Source: a virus (taxonomy: Duplodnaviria > Caudoviricetes). Taken from it: DNA of 64,000 nt. Both the position numbers and the translations under genes were made by a program. The stretch lies in the IMG/VR virus record IMGVR_UViG_3300048996_000137, positions 627 to 64,626 of that record; one strand, 5' to 3'. Positions within the stretch are counted from its first letter, which is position 1, and each line of letters opens with the position of its first letter. The notes below the pieces were generated by a model. That model saw only the letters and a list, made by a program, of their open reading frames with translations, did not search any database and was not told the DNA's origin. This document shows positions 19,014 through 28,239 of this stretch, one piece after another.

Positions 19014-21260
19014 TCACGCGCCGCCAAGCTGCAGCCACATCGTGTCCAGAGCGGAAGATTCCGCGATGCCTGAAACGACGCGTTCACCGGCGCGCTTCGG
19101 ATCACCTTTGTGGTCCATGTCGGTGACGCTGACGTTGACCTCGTGGATGGTGAGGTTCGGTGACTTGCCGCCGTTGGCTGCAGCCGCGATTGCGGGGTTG
19201 AGCTGCGGTTTCGCGCGCCGCGCTTCGATGTCCGCGTTGACGTCGCGCTCTCCCTGCGTCGCGGCCTCGTCCTTTTCGAACGCGCGCGACAGGCCGAGCG
19301 TCGCCAGCCGCAGCCCCCACTTGAACACCCAGCCGATGAAGTCGTCGAGCGTTTGCTTCAGGTTGTCGAAGACGTGCGACATGCCCGCCTTGAGATCGTC
19401 CCAGTAGTGGTAGACCTCCCACGCCACGACGAGCCACGCGATCAGCGCCGCGGTCGTCGCGAGGATCACGCCGACCGATGCGCCGATGACCGCCGCGCCG
19501 ATGATCAGCAGCGCTTCTTTGACTGCGATCGCGGCCGTGACGAGCCAGCCCCACGCCACCCTGCCGCCGGCGAGGCCTGCGGCACCGAGCAAGCGCGATT
19601 GAGTGATCATCACGCGCACAAACGTCGTCATCGCGGCTCTGCCCACGCTGAAGCCTTCGGCGAGCGCCGGCCCGATCGCTCGACCGAAGCGTGCGATCGC
19701 GCGGCCGCTCGCTTGCGCCGCGGTTTTCAGCGCGGTCGTGCCTGCGGTCCAACCCGACTTGATCGTGTTCCAGCTCGCGCGCGTGGTCTGCCGCATCCAC
19801 GCCCAGCTCGAGCGCATGATGTCTTTCCAGCCGCGCGACTGCTTGGCGGGGCCGCCGCCACCGCCGCCACCGCCGCCACCTTCGAAGTCGAGCATGTCAT
19901 CGCGGCCGATGAACTTCTCCGCGACGGCTTTGCCCACCTTGCCGGCGCCCTTGCCGCTCTTGAACGTCGTCAGCAGCGCTCGAACTGCAGCGATGGCCCC
20001 GACGATCTTCCAGATCGTGAAGAGCACGACCGTCAGCACGCCGAGCAGCTGTCCCGCCGGCGTCGACAAGAAGCTGATGATGCCCGCGATCGCTCCGATG
20101 ACGATCAGCACGCCCTTACAAATGTTCGCGATGCCCAGGCCAATGTCGCGCGCGCGCCCGAGCGAGCTCGGCCCGATGAACAGCGACAGCGACGACATCG
20201 CATCCGCCATGCCGTCGCCGAAGCCGACGATCACTTCCTTCACGAGCGGCGCGAGCGTCGCCGCGAGCTCGAGCACGCTCGTGACAAACCGCTCGAAGGG
20301 AGCGGTGTCCATCTTCGTGATCGCGTCGGTGATCGAGCGGATGGCGGTGTTGATCTTCGCGAGCGCGGCCGGCCCCATGTTGTCGGCCATGCGCAGGTAC
20401 ATCTGCGGGCCGAGGTTTTTCAGCCGCTGCACCGCGCCGGCGAACGTGTTCTCGAGAAAGCCCTTCGCGGCTTGGCCCGGAGCGGTCTCGCCGACCTTGT
20501 GCATGATCGCTTGTTTGATCGCCTTGATGCCCTGGTCGGCGGTGATCGCGCCCGTGCCGAGGAGCTTCTTGATCTCGTCCTGACTTTTGCCGAGATTCTT
20601 CGCCAACGCCTCGTACACGAGCACGGTCGAGACGCCGGTCTCTGCAAGCTGCCCGACGAGCTCCTCGGACTGCAGCTTTCCCTTCGCTTTGATCTGCGTG
20701 AGCGCGGTGAGCGCGCGGTTGGCTTGGTCCGAACTCGCGCCGATCGCCTGGAGATCTTGCGACAGCTTGATCAGGTCGGTCGCTTCGCCGACCTTGAACT
20801 GCATCGCGAGCATGTGCTGCAGCTGGTGGCCGACGTTTTCGACACCCATGCCGAACTCGTCTGCGAGCTTTGTCGCCGTCGAAAATGCCGCGTTGCCCTT
20901 CCCCTGATCGTGCAAGAGATAGCCGTACGCGCGCCGCGTGTTCTCCGCGAACATCGCCATGTGCACGACGCCCTGTACGAGCGTCTTGCCCACAAACGCG
21001 CCGAACGCGCTCGCGGCGGCAGTCGCACCCGCCGCGAGGAAGGCCATGCCCTTGCCGAGCACATCCATCCCGCGGCCGATGCCGCGCTTGGCCATCGCGG
21101 TCGCGACCGAGCCCATCTCGCGACTCGTGAGCGAGGCGAGCTTTTGGGTCTTTTTGAGCTTCTTCGCGATCAGGTCGATCTGACTCGCGGCGGCTTTGCC
21201 GGGATCAGTGACCCTGTCGACCAGCTCCAGGCCGAATCGCGCGAAGTCTTCAAGCCCCAT
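19014..21260 (-). CDS. Tape measure protein
   Basis: ALTQIKAKGKLQSEEL..QLAE tape-measure N-domain; Ala/Gly-rich with hydrophobic segments. Confidence 0.9.
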   Translation of the reverse strand: MGLEDFARFGLELVDRVTDPGKAAASQIDLIAKKLKKTQKLASLTSREMGSVATAMAKRGIGRGMDVLGKGMAFLAAGATAAASAFGAFVGKTLVQGVVHMAMFAENTRRAYGYLLHDQGKGNAAFSTATKLADEFGMGVENVGHQLQHMLAMQFKVGEATDLIKLSQDLQAIGASSDQANRALTALTQIKAKGKLQSEELVGQLAETGVSTVLVYEALAKNLGKSQDEIKKLLGTGAITADQGIKAIKQAIMHKVGETAPGQAAKGFLENTFAGAVQRLKNLGPQMYLRMADNMGPAALAKINTAIRSITDAITKMDTAPFERFVTSVLELAATLAPLVKEVIVGFGDGMADAMSSLSLFIGPSSLGRARDIGLGIANICKGVLIVIGAIAGIISFLSTPAGQLLGVLTVVLFTIWKIVGAIAAVRALLTTFKSGKGAGKVGKAVAEKFIGRDDMLDFEGGGGGGGGGGPAKQSRGWKDIMRSSWAWMRQTTRASWNTIKSGWTAGTTALKTAAQASGRAIARFGRAIGPALAEGFSVGRAAMTTFVRVMITQSRLLGAAGLAGGRVAWGWLVTAAIAVKEALLIIGAAVIGASVGVILATTAALIAWLVVAWEVYHYWDDLKAGMSHVFDNLKQTLDDFIGWVFKWGLRLATLGLSRAFEKDEAATQGERDVNADIEARRAKPQLNPAIAAAANGGKSPNLTIHEVNVSVTDMDHKGDPKRAGERVVSGIAESSALDTMWLQLGGA

Positions 21261-21465
21261 CGTCGGCGTCTTCGTCTACCGCTACGGGCACGTCGTCGTC
21301 CTCTTTCACCATCACGCGCCGCAGCACGTGGATGTCGTCGAGGAACTGCACCAAAAGCAAAAGCCCGTCGAAGCGTAGATCTTCGTCCGGGCCATTGCTG
21401 AGTAGCTCGCGCACCGCACGAGCGGCGCCGAGTGGGTTGGCGAGCAGTTCCTCTACAGTTTTTTT
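21250..21465 (-). CDS. -1 frameshift extension of tail assembly chaperone
   Basis: A AAA AAA at 21465-21459; -1 frame open to TGA at 21252-21250. Confidence 0.75.
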   Translation of the reverse strand, partial: KKTVEELLANPLGAARAVRELLSNGPDEDLRFDGLLLLVQFLDDIHVLRRVMVKEDDDVPVAVDEDADDGA

Positions 21466-21785
21466 ACGTCCATCGCCGCGCGGTGACCGCAGAGCTCCCC
21501 GAGCTCGTCACCGATCGTCAGGCCAAGTCCCGGGTACTCCTCCAAGATCTGTTCGAACTTCTCGCCGTCCGGATGCAGACAGCACGCGATGCACAAGCGC
21601 CGGTAGACCGCCTCGGTCTTGCCCTTCGCCTTCGACAAACCCTCGACGAACTCCGACCACACCGGGCGCGACGGCTTCCGGAAGATCATCGGGTACGGAT
21701 CGTCGTAGCCGATGATCTTGTCGTACTCGCTCTTCCACGCAGCGATCTGCTCGCCGGTCAGTCCCGCAAAACCCTTGTCGCCCAT
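21453..21785 (-). CDS. Tail assembly chaperone
   Basis: Between tube and tape measure; EQIAAWKSEY, FRKPSR. Confidence 0.8.
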   Translation of the reverse strand: MGDKGFAGLTGEQIAAWKSEYDKIIGYDDPYPMIFRKPSRPVWSEFVEGLSKAKGKTEAVYRRLCIACCLHPDGEKFEQILEEYPGLGLTIGDELGELCGHRAAMDVKKL

Positions 21786-21822
21786 GTCCGTGTCTCCCAG
21801 TGAGTGTCCCGCTGCGTCGAGC

Positions 21823-22326
21823 TTAGCCGACGAGCGTCAGATTCGGTTTCTTCGTGAGATCGACGGCGCTGAAGCCGTCGGTGATGATCTCCATGATGTC
21901 GAGGTCGACGCTCACGAACAGCGGATCGTTGCCTTCGGAGTACGACTGATCCTCGCTCACGATCCGGCAGCCGCGCAGCACGTCCTTGCTCGGCACGGTC
22001 GCGCCGAACTCGCGGTACGTCACGACGATCGGAAACGCCGCGCACATGTATCCGCCCATCCCCAGCAGCGCGAGCTTGCCCTTGAGCAGCACGTAGTCCT
22101 CTTTGTAGATCTCGAAGCTGCCGTCCGCCTCGTACGTGCCGCGGCTGCGCATGCGGAACTTCGATCCGGTGCCGCGGAACTTCCCAGGGTCGAGCGCGTG
22201 CTTGTATTTGATCGACTTGATGTTGACGATCAGGCCGCCCATCGCGGAGAACTCGATCGAGCTGTAGTCGTACGCGCGACCATTGATCCGCTGCCCAATC
22301 TCACCAACGATCTTCGCGATACCCAT
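21823..22326 (-). CDS. Tail tube protein
   Basis: INGRAYDYSSI, RGTYEADGS; follows sheath. Confidence 0.85.
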   Translation of the reverse strand: MGIAKIVGEIGQRINGRAYDYSSIEFSAMGGLIVNIKSIKYKHALDPGKFRGTGSKFRMRSRGTYEADGSFEIYKEDYVLLKGKLALLGMGGYMCAAFPIVVTYREFGATVPSKDVLRGCRIVSEDQSYSEGNDPLFVSVDLDIMEIITDGFSAVDLTKKPNLTLVG

Positions 22327-22427
22327 TTTGTTGTCTCCTGACGGCGGTGCTTTGCGGACGCGGGTCGGCGATCACGCGACGCCGCAGCGCCGCGAAAAAC
22401 CCTAGAAAACTAGAACGGCAGCTACGT

Positions 22428-23891
22428 CTAACCGAGCGTGTAGCCGAGCTCGGTTTCGATGTTGTCGGTGTAGCCGAGCTGCACAAGCGACACCTTGGTG
22501 CGCAGGCTGCGCGTGACGGCGATGTTGGTGCTGCGGACGATCGTGTACGTGACTTCGCTCACGTGGCCCGGCGTGCCCTCGGCATTGTCGGGTTCCAACA
22601 GCGCCGCGTTGAGGCTGTCGAGCACGGGCTCTTCGAGCCGGATCGCGTCGCGATCATCGATCGTGCCGGTGCCGTCCGGCGTGAGGCGTACCGAGCCGCC
22701 CTGCATACGCATCTGCGCTTTGCGCGTGGTCGCACATGCGAGGTCCATGACGCGGCCGAGGTGCCAGAACTTGTAGTCGCTGTCTTCGCCGGCCATCAGC
22801 CGGCCCTGCGTGGTGAAATAGCCGCGCTCTCCGACGTGCGAGCGCAACGTCGTGAAGCGCGCTTGGTCCATGACTTCGTTGAGCGCTTCGTCGTGGTCGA
22901 GCTTGATGACCTCTTCGAGCGCACCTTCAGCGAAGCGCGCGAGGCTGGTCGAAACGAGCACCGCCGCGCAGCGCGCTGCGACGAGGTCTCCGTCGGGGCG
23001 ACGCGGGTAGGCCCAGCCTGCCATGGGCTTGCGCGTGCGCGACCAGTTGTGGCCGAAGCACGCGTTGACGCGGTCGTTGACGAAGTTCAGGTAGCGGAGC
23101 CGGCCTTCGGTCGTGTCGTCGACTGGGCCGCCCGCGTTCACGATCGCGCGCACGTAGCGGTACTCGTTGAAGAGCTCTTCGGCATAGCCGCCGATCGAAC
23201 CGTTCACGAGCGCGCCGGCTTGCGCCGAGACTGCTTCACCGCTCGCGTAGATGAAGCCGAAGATGGTGCCGCCGACTTTCGCCGCGGCGAGCGCTGCGCC
23301 GAAGCTGGCGCCGTCGTAGTGCGGCATCTTCGTCGTGAACGAAAACGTGTCGCCCGCCTCGAACTCGACCAGGTCGTCGTCGGTGTTCGGCACAAACGTC
23401 AGCACGACGTTGGTGCCGGGCAAATCCGCAACGCTCGGCGTCGCAGACGGAACGATGCGCGAGGGGCTCCAGCTCGAGCCGCCGTCGAGCGTGTAACGCC
23501 ACTCGGCCGTGCCCTTGGGACCGCTCTTCGTGATCTCGACGATCGCTTCGTACGCGTCGTACGCGATGCCGGCGATCGTGAGCGTGCCGGTCGACTCGTC
23601 GAAGCGGTCGACAGCCACCGTCAATGCGGACGCGTTGAGCGGGCTCACCGCGGCCGCGCGCACCACGTAGATCGGACCGCCGCCGCCCGGGTGCACAAGG
23701 CCCGTGCAGACGGCTTCGACGACCGGCCCCTCGCCGAGCTCGTCCACGCAGTCGCTCGGGTTTGCGAACGCGTACAGATGGTTGAGGAGCCCCTTCGAGC
23801 TGCAGCCGATGTAGAGCGGCGCTTTGTCACTCGGGGGTGCAGACGGCAACCCCGGATCGCGCACCTTCAAAGTCTGTTTGGGGATCGACAT
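22428..23891 (-). CDS. Tail sheath protein (DUF2586-like)
   Basis: ELGEGP, ARFTTLR..G..GYF, SDY....GRVMD. Confidence 0.85.
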   Translation of the reverse strand: MSIPKQTLKVRDPGLPSAPPSDKAPLYIGCSSKGLLNHLYAFANPSDCVDELGEGPVVEAVCTGLVHPGGGGPIYVVRAAAVSPLNASALTVAVDRFDESTGTLTIAGIAYDAYEAIVEITKSGPKGTAEWRYTLDGGSSWSPSRIVPSATPSVADLPGTNVVLTFVPNTDDDLVEFEAGDTFSFTTKMPHYDGASFGAALAAAKVGGTIFGFIYASGEAVSAQAGALVNGSIGGYAEELFNEYRYVRAIVNAGGPVDDTTEGRLRYLNFVNDRVNACFGHNWSRTRKPMAGWAYPRRPDGDLVAARCAAVLVSTSLARFAEGALEEVIKLDHDEALNEVMDQARFTTLRSHVGERGYFTTQGRLMAGEDSDYKFWHLGRVMDLACATTRKAQMRMQGGSVRLTPDGTGTIDDRDAIRLEEPVLDSLNAALLEPDNAEGTPGHVSEVTYTIVRSTNIAVTRSLRTKVSLVQLGYTDNIETELGYTLG

Positions 23892-23967
23892 GTCTCAGCA
23901 GCTCCGTGTTGTGCGTTTCGGGGTTGTGCGGGGCGGACGGATTGTGCGTTCGTGAAAACGCGGATCA

Positions 23968-24288
23968 CTACGCGCGCGGCTTGCCGTCGGGCTCGTAGTC
24001 GCCGAGCGCCGGCTCGTGCGCGTGGTACTCACCGGCTTTGTCGGGGACGCGCGCGGCTTTGATCGCTTCCTCGTACTCGGCTTTCGTCAGCCGCTTTTCG
24101 CCGTTCGCGTGCGCCTTGTGGATGCCCCAGTGATGCAAGAGCTCCGCGGGTGCGAACGCGTAGCGCGGCGTGCCGAGCGCGTCGCGCCACTGCTCCGGAC
24201 CCTTCTTGCCGTCGCTCTTTGGCTTGGGCTCGGGTGCGGGTGCGGGCGCCGCGGGCGGCTGCGTGTCTTGGTCTTCAGGATCAAGCAT
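23968..24288 (-). CDS. Hypothetical protein upstream of sheath
   Basis: GGAG RBS; LTKAEYEEAI motif. Confidence 0.6.
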   Translation of the reverse strand: MLDPEDQDTQPPAAPAPAPEPKPKSDGKKGPEQWRDALGTPRYAFAPAELLHHWGIHKAHANGEKRLTKAEYEEAIKAARVPDKAGEYHAHEPALGDYEPDGKPRA

Positions 24289-24796
24289 CGTCGTCTCCTT
24301 GTGGCGGCGGGAATGGCCCCACCTCGATCTCGGGGTCGTTCTCGAGCTCGACCTGCGGCGGCAGCGGGTCTTCGAACAGTTCGAGGTCCCACTGCATGCG
24401 CATGCGAGCGATCTCGGCGCCGCCGGAACTGACGCGCGCTTCGCTCGCACCTTGGGTCGGCCAGTTGCCACCCATGAACCTGCACGCGGTCCCGAACATC
24501 GGCCGAATGACCGAGATGATTCTGCGCCGCACGCGCTCGGTGTCGTCGCGCCTGTCACCGAAGATGACGCACTCGACTGTCCACGTCTCGGTGAGGATCG
24601 CGTGCACGAGCGAGCCGTTTTGCGTGATGCGCGGCCCGGTGCCGACGTTACTGCGCGGCTCAAAATCCGTCGGCACGAACACGACACGCGTGCGTGCGCT
24701 GTTTTCCGACTCGGCGGTCCGGTACGCCGACACCGGCACAGCCGGCATCTTCATCGCCGTCGCGATCTGCTCGACGATCTCTTCGAACTCGTCCAT
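24281..24796 (-). CDS. Tail completion/terminator-like protein
   Basis: Position and size; RVVFVP. Confidence 0.55.
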   Translation of the reverse strand: MDEFEEIVEQIATAMKMPAVPVSAYRTAESENSARTRVVFVPTDFEPRSNVGTGPRITQNGSLVHAILTETWTVECVIFGDRRDDTERVRRRIISVIRPMFGTACRFMGGNWPTQGASEARVSSGGAEIARMRMQWDLELFEDPLPPQVELENDPEIEVGPFPPPQGDDDA

Positions 24797-24808
24797 CTGT
24801 GTAAACAG

Positions 24809-25234
24809 TCAGAGCCGGCCGCGGATGTGCGCGATGAAACCTTCGATTGCGGCGCGCATCAGGCGAGCTCGCCAGCGCAGCGGGAGCTTGCGGTTTCCAT
24901 ACGGGACCATCGCGCGTCGAGGCCTTCGGTTGTGTCTGGGAGCCTGGTGCGCCGCGGCGTAGGGCACGTTCGGCTGCACCAGGAATCTGCGCGCACCGAG
25001 GAAGAGCTTGTGCCAGCCGGGGCGCAGCCGATGCGTCGGGCCGTGCAAGATCGCGTAGCCGTTGGGGCGTTTCTTCGGCGCCCAGGGGTTTTCGTACGGG
25101 TCTTTCTGCCGTTCGAAACCGCGGTCGATCAGCTTCAACACTTCATCGGCCATGCGCGAGCGGATCACGCCGATCGCCACATCGCCCGAACGCATCAGCT
25201 TCGCCCAGTTCTTGAGCTTGCCGTAGTCGTCCAT
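24809..25234 (-). CDS. Phage virion morphogenesis protein (Mu gpG-like)
   Basis: FERQKDP....WAP, NVPYAAAHQ, PRR.MVP. Confidence 0.85.
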   Translation of the reverse strand: MDDYGKLKNWAKLMRSGDVAIGVIRSRMADEVLKLIDRGFERQKDPYENPWAPKKRPNGYAILHGPTHRLRPGWHKLFLGARRFLVQPNVPYAAAHQAPRHNRRPRRAMVPYGNRKLPLRWRARLMRAAIEGFIAHIRGRL

Positions 25235-25362
25235 ACCTGACCGTTGCTTTTCAAAAGCAACGCTGCGGCCGTTGACTTTACTGCACCCAGACGGTCAGCG
25301 GACCGCGGCGGCAATCGCGCGTCTGTAGCCTCCAGCAGGGCTCAGCCACGCGAGTGCGAACA

Positions 25363-25647
25363 TCAGCTCGCCGGCGGCGCCTGGCTGAAATGCTTGTCGA
25401 CCGCGGCGCGCATCAGCACCGCTTCGGTCTCGGTCGGTTTCTTCACGCTGACAAGACCCTTCGCGCGCCGCACGGCTTGCACCGGCGAGTTGTACGCGAT
25501 CGCTCCGTACGCCGCCCCGAGCGTGCCGACGATCGCGACCAGCGTCTCGATGTTGCTCTTGAGCAGCCACACGAGCAGGGCGATCAGCGCGCCGAAGATG
25601 GCGAAGCCACCGAGTTTGATCAGCTTGTCGATGGCAGCGTCACTCAT
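25363..25647 (-). CDS. Two-TM membrane protein (holin candidate)
   Basis: Two hydrophobic helices and basic tail. Confidence 0.55.
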   Translation of the reverse strand: MSDAAIDKLIKLGGFAIFGALIALLVWLLKSNIETLVAIVGTLGAAYGAIAYNSPVQAVRRAKGLVSVKKPTETEAVLMRAAVDKHFSQAPPAS

Positions 25648-25865
25648 TTTTTGTCTCGCAGTGGGCCGGGGCACTCCGCCGTCGCGTCCACATCAGGCCG
25701 CGAACAGATCACGCACGAGCCGTCGGAGAGCAGGATGTGCTGCTTACTCCACAAGAGCGCGGCCGCGCGCTCTTCGCGCGGCGTCTTCTTGCGCGAAAAC
25801 TTCGCGATTCTTTGTCCGAGTCCTAACAGCACGTCTGCCACGAACCCCGCTGGATCGACTGCCAT
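25644..25865 (-). CDS. Small hypothetical protein
   Basis: Coupled on both sides. Confidence 0.5.
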   Translation of the reverse strand: MAVDPAGFVADVLLGLGQRIAKFSRKKTPREERAAALLWSKQHILLSDGSCVICSRPDVDATAECPGPLRDKK

Positions 25866-26581
25866 TAGCGATGCGCCCAGCCGCGTGCGGGCCGGCTCAC
25901 CATGAAAGACTCTTGCGCGCTCTCACCCGGAGTGGAGTCCTCGATCGTCGGGTCGTTCGCGGCGCCTGGGCCAGCCAGCCACTTGAGCGCGTCGTCGTAA
26001 CCCATCCGGATGATCTTGTCGTTGTCAGGGTCGAAGCCGCGCCGCTTCATCACGTGGTACGCGATCATGTTCGCGACGTGCATCCGCATCGCGCCGCCCC
26101 AGCTCACGAGCGGCATCGTGCGGCCCTTCGCTGCAAGACTCGCTGCTTCGTCGGTCGCGACGAGACTCACCTCGCCGAGCACTTCCGGCGACACGCCCTC
26201 GAGCGTGACTTGCGGAAGCGACAGGTTTTTGACGTCTTGCCCGGTCGCGTACAGCTGGTGGCTCACGCCGGCGAGCTCGAAGCTCGAGCTCACTCCGAGC
26301 GGGAACGTCCACTTCGCTTTGAGCAGTCGGCCGCAGCGCGCGAGCTTGATCTCCTGCGCGCCGGGGCCTTGCACCTTCGTGTAGAAGATCTCGGTCCAAG
26401 CTCCCGCGAGCGTGGTCGCAGTGAGAATGCGCAGCTCGAACGCGCTGTCGTCGCTGAGGCTGTCGACGTCGAGGCTCAGCACCGCATAGCTACGGTCTGG
26501 CGCGAGCACGACGGGCAGGCCTTCGCCGCTCGCGTTCGAGACGGCGCGCGCCGCAAGCACGATGGGTTTCGGGTCGGCCAT
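25865..26581 (-). CDS. Head-tail adaptor (gp36/DUF1320-like) with N-terminal extra domain
   Basis: YAT.QDV, PL.SW, IAYH...RG, YDDALKWL. Confidence 0.75.
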   Translation of the reverse strand: MADPKPIVLAARAVSNASGEGLPVVLAPDRSYAVLSLDVDSLSDDSAFELRILTATTLAGAWTEIFYTKVQGPGAQEIKLARCGRLLKAKWTFPLGVSSSFELAGVSHQLYATGQDVKNLSLPQVTLEGVSPEVLGEVSLVATDEAASLAAKGRTMPLVSWGGAMRMHVANMIAYHVMKRRGFDPDNDKIIRMGYDDALKWLAGPGAANDPTIEDSTPGESAQESFMVSRPARGWAHR

Positions 26582-26609
26582 GTCGTCAGCGTCGTGATCT
26601 CGGGGGAGC

Positions 26610-26978
26610 TCACACGAACTCGCCGGTGATCGAGCGCGTGACCGTCGGCGTCGCGCTTCCGCCGAGCACTTCGTGTGCGCGCACGAATCGATCGCAGCCC
26701 GAAAAGCACTTGCGCTCGCGCGTCACACCAGTGGCTTGCGTGAACGCGGCAAGGTTACGCCACGTCACTTTGTCCTCGCTCGTCTGGATCGTCACATCGA
26801 GCGTGGGGTCGGTGCCGCTGACGGCGGTGACTGCGAGCGCGAGCCGCACCGTGCCGCGGTCGGTTTCGATCGCGTCGCTGTCGCGGTTCGCGAGCAGGAC
26901 GCCGTCACCGAAGTGCGCTTCATCGGCGTCCGCGAACTCACCGTTGTCTTTGAAGTAGCCCATGTGCAGTCCTTTCAC
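26610..26978 (-). CDS. Beta-sandwich virion protein
   Basis: VTAVSGT.PTLDVTIQTS.D..TW, RFVR. Confidence 0.65.
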   Translation of the reverse strand: MKGLHMGYFKDNGEFADADEAHFGDGVLLANRDSDAIETDRGTVRLALAVTAVSGTDPTLDVTIQTSEDKVTWRNLAAFTQATGVTRERKCFSGCDRFVRAHEVLGGSATPTVTRSITGEFV

Positions 26979-27301
26979 TCGGTCACCAGTGGGAGCGGTA
27001 TCGGCAGCGTGACGGCTTTTGCGAGCGCCGCGAGCACTTCGCGCGCTTCAGTGGGCGTGAGGCCCGCGACGTAGACAAGCTCGAGTTCGTCGGCGCTCGA
27101 GCGGTCGGACACGAGGTCCTCGAGCACGTCGTAGCCGGCGGCGCGCAGCTGCGCGACGTAAGGCAGGGCCGGCAGCGGCGTTGCCGGCGTGCACCGTTCT
27201 TGTTTGGATCGCCATACGCCCTCGAGCTCGTAATCACCCCGTTCGCGCGCGTTCAAACGCTCACGGTGGTAATAACGCCGCGGCGAGCCGTACAGGGCCA
27301 T
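26975..27301 (-). CDS. Hypothetical protein with HhH-like C terminus
   Basis: LRAAGY..LEDL...DELEL..VAGL. Confidence 0.6.
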   Translation of the reverse strand: MALYGSPRRYYHRERLNARERGDYELEGVWRSKQERCTPATPLPALPYVAQLRAAGYDVLEDLVSDRSSADELELVYVAGLTPTEAREVLAALAKAVTLPIPLPLVTE

Positions 27302-27304
27302 GGC

Positions 27305-27652
27305 CTACTTCTTCGCGTGCTTCTTGTCGTGCTCGGGCTTTTCGATCGGCGGCAACGCTTCGCCCGAGCCGTCCCCGCTCACTTCGTTGCCCGCCGCCGC
27401 TTTCCGTTGCGCGCGCTCTTCGGAGCGCACGCGCGGATCGTTTTGCTTCGCTGCTTCGACGTTGACCTCGGGAGTCTTGCCTCTCGCGATGTCTTCTGGC
27501 TTGTCCATCTGCGCCTCCTGGTTCGGTTGCGTCACGCGGCTGCTGTCACGAACAGCCGCCAACTCGAACTTCGCGTTGTACTCGCGAGCCTCCGCCGCAA
27601 GCACTGCACGACGCTGCTTCGCAGCAGCGTTGTGACGGCGGTAAACCGTCAC
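27305..27652 (-). CDS. Hypothetical charged protein
   Basis: Coupled ORF. Confidence 0.5.
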   Translation of the reverse strand: MTVYRRHNAAAKQRRAVLAAEAREYNAKFELAAVRDSSRVTQPNQEAQMDKPEDIARGKTPEVNVEAAKQNDPRVRSEERAQRKAAAGNEVSGDGSGEALPPIEKPEHDKKHAKK

Positions 27653-28137
27653 CGGATCGACCGGCCGATGATGTGCACGTAGCCCGCGCCCGCCGTGAAC
27701 GCCGAGGTGATCCGGTCGAACCGGATCTCGGTGTCCTCGTCGAGCACGACCAACTTCGGATCGGCACTGAAGCTCACGCCGAGCGTACCGGCACGCACCC
27801 CAGCGACGAGCGTCGCAGCCACATCGCCGGCCGCACCACCCAAGAGATCACCCTTGGTCGTGTGCGGAGCGACGCTCGCGGAAAGCCCGATCGCCGAACT
27901 CGTTCCACCGGTAAAGCCGGTGACGATCTCCCAGAAGATCTGCTCGACGAGCAAGCGCAGGCCCTTTTCGATCTTGTACAGGACCGCCGCATCGGCGAGG
28001 TCCTTGCTGATCGCGAGCGGGATGTCGATGGTCTCGCCGCCCACGCTGCCCGTGAACTCGCTGTTGCGCTCCCAGACGCCCGTAACTGGATTCATTCGGC
28101 CCTTGGGATGGCCAAGCGGCGAAAGACTATCACTCAT
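27649..28137 (-). CDS. Capsid decoration-like protein
   Basis: Follows major capsid; AGGAG RBS; IVTGFTGG, FTAGAG. Confidence 0.6.
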   Translation of the reverse strand: MSDSLSPLGHPKGRMNPVTGVWERNSEFTGSVGGETIDIPLAISKDLADAAVLYKIEKGLRLLVEQIFWEIVTGFTGGTSSAIGLSASVAPHTTKGDLLGGAAGDVAATLVAGVRAGTLGVSFSADPKLVVLDEDTEIRFDRITSAFTAGAGYVHIIGRSIR

Positions 28138-28239
28138 GGTTTTGTCTCCTGACGGTCCGTGCCCTGACGACTCGCGTATCCGATTGTTGTGTGTGGCCTC
28201 GCGGGCGCCGCAAGCGCACCCGCGTCAGCCGGACGGTAT

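Noticed and set aside
19353-21401. Long antisense ORFs (also 22347..24062, 57706..60111, 34857..36326)
   Set aside because: Shadows of real high-GC genes; Arg/Ala-rich with no motifs
28164-28170. Additional hammerhead at intergenic CTGACGA (also 39203)
   Set aside because: No appropriately placed GAAA or flanking stems, and opposite to local transcription at 28164
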